In this document: positions 55,099-64,000 of the stretch, in pieces
How positions within the stretch are numbered: the stretch's first letter is position 1
How the letters are laid out: the number at the start of each line of letters is the position of its first letter
From: Eledone cirrhosa
Lineage: Eukaryota
Length of the DNA stretch: 64,000 nucleotides
Direction: 5' to 3'
Assembly: GCA_964016885.1 (NCBI GenBank)
Contig: OZ024742.1
Span: 278,752,001 to 278,816,000 of the forward strand
Notes under the pieces: model-generated
Databases searched by the model: none
Told to the model about the DNA's origin: nothing
What the model saw: only the letters and a program-made list of their open reading frames with translations
Translations under genes and position numbers: made by a program

Positions 55099-57581
55099 CT
55101 AGCTGAATTACCCGGCGTTGCCCGGGTTACTTCTGTTCTTAATCAGATTAGCAAATATCAATATATGTTTTTTTTTTTCTCATAACTATTTCAAAATATC
55201 TATATTTTATTTTAAAATATATCAAAATTGTAATGATAATAGAATTAAGAAATTAAATTCTGTCAAATTTGAAGCACCTTAGGGTAAACAATATTCATTG
55301 TGTAATTTTTTGTTTCAGTCCAAATGAATAAATTGTTGCTAAACACTCACACACATAAGTCTCACATACATATACTAAGACAGATACACATAGGCATACA
55401 TTCACGCAGACACACGCATAACTTTTCACCTCATTTTTGGTCAGTTGCATCAGATGTGTGAGTGTATTTAATGACGAACCAAAGGCGTGCCGTTTTCTAT
55501 TGTTTTAATGCAAATGTAAATAAAAATGATCATACACATACACACACACATACATTCACACACACACATACACTCTCACATACATAGAGTAAGACAGACA
55601 CACACATACATTCACGCACTGCTACACCCTCACATACATATACTAAGGCAGACACACACAGACATACATTCACGCAAACCTATAACTTGTCAGTCACCAC
55701 ATATGTATATGTATGTGTAGATGTGTGTGTAATTAATTGTCTGTGTGTGAAGATAATGTGTATGCAACTTACTAACGCTATATGTATGTGTGTGTTCCTC
55801 CTCGTATTTTTTATTATAAAACCTCGTTGTAAACAATGTTCTTTTTTTTCCGCGTCGGGCAAACGCGAAAAGGTTTCCTCTGCTCTCCACTCGGAAACAC
55901 CCAAAGTACTATTGTCCGTGTGAGAAACATGTCTCTTCCAAGAGAAGTCTTGCCATAGACAGGGTCTGAACTTGGGATTTGTTAATGGACATTGCAAAGT
56001 TGACACTAATTGATACTTGCAGACGTCTGAATGAAAAGGGAATTTCTGATCCTGATGAAATGAGAGGGATTCTTGGAATGAAGACGTCATCACCTTTTCC
56101 ACATCCAGAAAGAATTGTTGCCTCGATAACATGTGACATCATTTTCTTTACCACCAGTCGTGTCCCATTGCACAGTCTTGGCGGATCTAGATTCCTATGC
56201 AGCATTACAGGAGTTCCAACTTTAAGTCCTACTATGTGGGGAGGTGGTCCGGGGAGCTCCAATGAATTGAGAAAGTCTGGAGGATAGTTCACCACTTCAT
56301 TGAGATCCGGGATAGTGTCGACATACTTGTAAGTGTGAAGATTTCCTGGACGAGACAGCATTAAATGTTCGTTGAGTTTATTAACAGCGATGTTTTTTTG
56401 GAGCTATTATTTCTCTTTCGCACAGCCAATTGTGATTTAGGTAATTTTCTGTCAAGTTCGGAAACACTTGGTCTTTCAGCTCCTCTACAAAATTAACAAT
56501 GGTACAAAATGGCCAGACGTCCATTTATCCGGCAGCGTCCAGAGGTCACCTTGCCAGCGCCAAGTGTCAAAATGTCCTGTGCAAATCTGGCGGACATGTG
56601 GCCACCGCATATTTGAGCTCTCATGTTAGTGGTAAGAGTCAGGGTCGTAACCTGTTGCCACAATGGAGAGGATTTAAGGTACGCCTGGACTTCCTCTGCC
56701 CTGGTGCCTTTGGGAATGACGGGAAGAGTCTGTCTGAAATCACCAGAAAACAGAATTGTTACACCTCCCATTGAAGCATGACAATCTCTGATATATTTAA
56801 TGGTTCAATCTACTACTTCCAGAGCTCCTTTGTGGGCCATGTTTCACTGATCCCACACAATGAGATGACACTGTTTGAAGACCTGACCTTGGTCTGAGCT
56901 TTTACTGATGTTGTAAGTAGGCGTTTCAGATGCTGCTACATTCAGAGGGAGTTTAAAAGTCGAGTGCGCTGTCCGACCACCGGGCTGCAAAGTAGCAGCA
57001 ATCCCAGAGGAGGCAACAGCTAACGCAATATCCCTATGCTGCCTAACTTTTGCAAGGAGGAGCTTCGTTACAAAAGTGTTTCCTGTCCCTCCAGGTGCTT
57101 CCAGGAAGAAGATATCACCTTTTCGGTGGCGCACATGGTCGACAATAGTGCTGTAAGCCCGCTGTTGGTCCGGAAGGAGTTGTGGTTCAGTGTCGATAAC
57201 ATATTGGGAAAGAGCATCAATGTCGTAGGATATTTCTCGTAGGATGGCTGTGGGAAGTACGTTTGACCCTGTTCGGAATGTTTGGGGCAACCATATGTGA
57301 GCAAATCATTTCCACCAAGTGAAACAATCCTGTCTTCTATGTCAATCAGTGCTCTATTGTAGACCTCATCGCTGGTACCTTCCATATCAACCTACTACTG
57401 CTCTATTTCTCTCTCACTCTCTCTTTGAATATCTAACACTTTAATTGTATCGCTCTCTTTCTGGCTGTCGTTTCAAATAATATCAATTTTTCTTTGTTCT
57501 GTAAAATCAAAGACTGTAAAACGACTTATTGTTAAACCCCCAATTGATATACTCTGATTTATAGTTTAAGCCGGTGTGGGA

Positions 57582-57664
<83 letters not shown>

Positions 57665-58045
57665 TTGAATATCTAACACTTTAAATTCATCTCTCTCTAT
57701 ATAACGGCCTATCTCGCTCTCTCTGGCTCTCCCTCTGTGTGTACCAAAAATAATTTTTTGAATCGAGTTTTCTCTTATGGAGAGTTCAGTAGATAAATTT
57801 GAAAATGTAATGAGTTAGTACGAAGGTCAGGAGCATAATGCATTTTTGTGCCAAATTTGAAGAAAACCGTGTGACGTTGTAGAAGTTATGCCGGTTTTTC
57901 TTCTATAGAGGGCAGAGAAGACAGAAATCTGAAGACGTAATTAATTATTACAAAGGTCCGGATCATAACGTATATTTGAACCAAATTTGAAGAAAGTCGG
58001 TTGCGGAAACAGACACACACATAGTCTATTTTATATATATATATA
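55099..58045 (-). mobile_element. Internally deleted Helitron with PIF1 helicase remnant
   Basis: 3' hairpin ACCCGG-GCAACG-CCGGGT then CTAG|T at 55099; the 5' end merges into (TA)n near 58040. Confidence 0.88.
55909..57385 (-). pseudogene. Helitron RepHel PIF1-like helicase domain, frameshifted
   Basis: APGGTG(N)TF Walker A, VASSGIAAT, GRTAHSTFKLP, IVWD, GDFRQTLPV, LCNGTRL, FAMSINKSQ. Confidence 0.92.
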
Positions 58046-58213
58046 TATTTATGTATATATATTTATATATTTATATATATATATATATTTATATATGTAG
58101 GAGGTGAGTTTTATTGTAGTACAATAAAGCAATGCAGATATCAGAGAAGTAGCACTCTACAGTGAAATGCGCATAATAAAATACATATAACTATTTTAAC
58201 CATCTTTTGATCT

Positions 58214-58277
<64 letters not shown>

Positions 58278-58899
58278 AGGGTTATCGATATTGTTGGGCA
58301 TCCACTGATGATTTATAAGTGCCCACCTGCATATATTCCTATGGACTATGTGTAGGCTTCTACATAAACTGGACATTATTTTCCAAATTTGTAGAAAACT
58401 TATAATGAAACGAGGAAAGAGGGATGTATTTAATTATGTCTCATATAAAATAATACAACTGGCTATCCGCAAAATACGTATAGTTAGCACCCCAAACGTA
58501 TAATTGGGATTTTACTAAGGTATATCTTAATGTTTGTTGAGGAAGACGGAAGTCGGTCGGAGTATTGCTTAAAGCTTTCTCTGTTAATATATATTTAAAA
58601 AAAAAAAAAATATATATATATGTCTATAAACTCAAGTATAGACATACATATGACGGGATCTAACCAATACCAATTTTGGTCAATGATGGAATTAATAAAA
58701 TTAGTCAGAGCATAATGAAATTATATTTGGGAAGAGGAAATACAAGAAAAGTTTTCCTATTTACTTTGATGTTTCGACTGCAGTTTTGCTGAGTAATGGC
58801 AGTTTTTACTACTGTGGGAAATCTCAACTCATTTGGAACTTCTCAATCAAGAAGAATTTTCCCGAGTAACTTGCTGTGAGTGGTAATTTCGAATGGAGG

Positions 58900-61840
58900 A
58901 ATTATCATGTGGTTGCCTATTCAGACCACGAACTAGTCAACAGTGATAGAATACATAGACAAGGACCCGGATACTGGAAGCTGAACGTGTCGCTACTGAA
59001 ACGTAACGCCTACAATGAACGGATAAGTAGATTAGTTAAGCAACAGTTGAGGGGAGTCATTGTCAACAAAAGATGGTGGTACTCTCTCAAGGGAGCAATT
59101 AGAGTAGAGTCGATAACTTTTAGCAAAGAACTAGCCTTAGGTAAAAACAAATCAGAAACAGAACTAATAGCCAAGGTAGTGGAGGCGCTTAGGAGTGGCA
59201 ACGCAGCTAGAGTTCTAGCAACGAAAACGGCTCTGGACCAGTTCTTCGATGCGAAACACGAAAGCTGCATGGTCAGAAGTAAATCACGTGCTCTAGGAAA
59301 AGAGGGAGCAACAGCTGTAAGCTGGGCCCGAGCGGCAGAGGCGAAAAGTGGCAACAAGTCCACGATTCGGTCTTTGAAAGACCAAAACGGACGCGTGCTA
59401 CCTGACTCCAAGCGGATATGCACAGCCTTTCAGCGGCACGTTGCGCAACTGTTCGAGCAGGGCGACGGTGAGCCGAACGGAGCAATGGACTTCGGTTCAT
59501 ATCTCGACGGCCTGCCGCGTCTCTCGAGCATGGACGTCGAGTTCTGCGAAAGACTAACCACAGCAACTGAGATACGGGACGCTCTGGGCCGCTGCAAGAA
59601 ACTCAAATCATCCGGTCTAGATGGTCTACCTATGAGTTTTACATAGGCATGCTGGACTTGTTCTCTGGCGTCCTCGAAGCCGTCTACTGCAACCGGCAGC
59701 AGAACTGGAGAATTCCCAGTTCTGCATGCAGGGGCGGAGTAACGCTGAACAGGAAAGACGTGAACAAGGGGGACGAACTAAGTAACTTTAGGCCCATAAC
59801 TCATATTTAGGCTCAACACAGAGTTAAAGATTTTAGCAACGAGGCTGGCGCTTGTCGTCGAGAACCTGGTAAGGAAAACGCAAGCGTGTGCAATCCCGAC
59901 TAGGTCCATACACGACAACATCCTCCTCATGCGATACATCATACAGAGGGTGGGGTGTAAACCCGGATTCGGTGGGGCTCTGATCAGTTTAGATCAGTTT
60001 AAGGCGTTCGATAGAGTCAACCATCGATACTTGGAAGCGGTTCTCAAGGCGGCCGGTTTTTGGACCCGTCTTCAGGTGCTGGATCAAAGCAATGCACTCC
60101 GACATATGCTCGACGGTCAAGCTGAACGGTTAGCTATCGGAGCCGTTCGCAATCACCCGTTCAATCCGGAGGGGATGCCCTCCATCCTCTATTCTGTACG
60201 TGCTAACTCTAGAGCCACTACTGCGGAAGTTGGAGCTGCTTCAGGGCATCCCGTTGGACTGGGACTGCGGAAAGCGGCGTCAGCATATGCCGAGACGTTA
60301 TAGTAATGGTGTCGGAAACCTCGGAAATCGGAGCAATCGGCAACTTACTGCAGGAATACGAAAGGCTCACAGTAGCAAAGCTGAACTCGGAACGTAGAGA
60401 GGCAAATCGATGGCATCCAACAGCGTCGTCGGACGGTGGTCGGAAGGACCGGTGAAATAGCTCGGGGTCTGGCTCGGACTTCCAGGTGGAGAAATACTGG
60501 AACGAGGTCACGGCCAGGTTATTTACGCTCACCCAGAAATGGACAGAGTCCAAACTATCCTTGAAAGATCGGGCGGAGGTGGCGAACACTTTCATAGCGT
60601 CCGTCATCTACTACCGCTTGACCGTCGTGCCGTGTCCCCGTGAATACCACACCAAGATGGAACGCATGCTTTTCCAATTCCTTGGAAGAAGCAGGCTCCA
60701 CTGGTGAGGAGGTCCGTCTGCTGTCAGCCCCCTTCCAAAGGAGGGCTGGGTATGCTCTGGCTGATGATGCGCAACCACGAGCTGAGACTACGGCATTCCC
60801 AGGTATTCCTCACCGAACAACCGTTGAGGGCTCCTTTTGTGAGACAGACCTTCCCGCAACTTATCTTGCTGGCGGAGCTGAAGGCCTGAGGAAGCGGAGA
60901 CCGAAGAAAATGGGCACCTGGCACATTGAATGCACTCAGGTTCTCACAGTCCTCTTTCAAGCGAGCACAGCAATCGGTGGAGACTCCACTTCGACATTCT
61001 ATAGAGATTTAGTACGTTACAAGTGCGACGACGAGCTCATCAGTCGGTTGGGTAGGACTTTCCGCCCGGGACCCATGGCCAACTTCCAGATGTCCCTGGC
61101 CTGGCAATGCTACCGAGGAGCTCTACCAGTTCGAGACAAGATCTATAGGCACGGACACCCCAGCAGGCATCCTTCCAAGAGAACATGTCCAAGTTGCGAG
61201 CAGGACATTGAAACCGTCTTGCACGCAATTGTACACTGACCTGGAGTAACCGACATGTAGAGGTTCGCAGAGCAACTGCTCTCACGTATAGGACAAATCC
61301 AGTTGACTGGCGAGTCCATAGTAAGGATCAAACAGCTAACTTCTTTCAAAAACTAAAGAGAGGCGGTTTTCCTCTGTATAGTGGCTATGGTAAAAGCGAT
61401 TATATGGTGGACGATATTGAGAGGACTGAGGACAGATGCCTTTCTCTCCGGACAACAACTCATTCCCTTCTTTAGGTACCACTTTAGAAGGGGAATCAGA
61501 TTGGAGACAGAGTCACTGCAAACCAGTAAATTTAACGAAAGGTGGGCGAATGTAGCAAAAATGGCCTGAGTGATTGGGCCTTCTCTGTATATAAACCTGT
61601 AGGTTGAAAATGAGAGCAAAAGGAGGAAAGGAGCACTTTCACAAATCGTTCCTGGAGTTGAGGGTTGTTCTATCTACGGGGTATTAAACAACGTATTTGT
61701 AACGCCTCTCCCCTATTGGGGACTTCGATTGTTGAATTTGTTTGTTTAGAAATTATTTTTACACGATTGTATGTAAAATCCCCGGCATATGTCCTTGTAT
61801 TGTCCCCTTTTCTTGTGGGCCCTTGTGGAAAATAAAGAAA
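58900..61840 (+). mobile_element. 5'-truncated degraded Tx1 LINE, copy C
   Basis: YSDH, GPGYWKLN, KAFDRV and WQCYRGALPVRD; 3' end AATAAAGAAA followed by (TCTA)5. Confidence 0.93.
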
Positions 61841-62236
61841 TCTATCTATCTATCTATCTATATCTAAATCAACAAACGAAAGAATTCGATGTTGAAGGAC
61901 AATAGAAAAACGTGCTTCGTAGAATGGAGACGTATCCGACGACCGCGCGATTTCAGAATCAGGTTTGATCACCATATCCATCGTACCTCGAGCTGGTCGC
62001 CCGAGAAACAATTGTAATGTCTAATAAATTCTTTTCCTCGCAACACTGATTCTCTTTTTTGTGCCTGTGTGCGTCTGTGCAAATATATACGTATGCACAT
62101 ACATATATTAGTATCTTAACCCTTCGGAGTATACATTTGAAACGTATTCCTGAAAGCTGTCGACTTACATAACGCATTGATCTTAAAGCACGTTACCAAA
62201 ATAATAGTAAATTATACCACACTCTCTCTCTCTCTT

Positions 62237-64000
<1,764 letters not shown>

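Noticed and set aside
55909-57385. Host PIF1 gene
   Set aside because: It is intronless, frameshifted, has a mutated Walker A and lies inside Helitron termini.

Overview
AT-rich eukaryotic intergenic/intronic DNA full of microsatellites and transposable elements. The SINE type and repeat landscape suggest an octopus-like cephalopod; this is an inference. Almost all ORF-track entries are microsatellite artefacts or transposon fragments. The window holds five Tx1/L1-clade LINE copies (one near full length; three abut (TCTA)n), a Penelope-like element (PLE) in an inverted arrangement, two Helitrons (one with a PIF1 helicase remnant), RTE and CRE fragments and many tRNA-derived SINEs. A possible host N/S-rich coding exon runs off the left edge. 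The main unexplained signal is about 15-20 type I hammerhead ribozyme (HHR) motifs in several unrelated non-coding repeat families. They include a ~520-bp tandem array with one hammerhead per unit (non-LTR-retrozyme-like), a ~430-bp family in tandem and inverted clusters, and recurrent U3-A8 core variants. All RNA folds were traced by eye, not computed.
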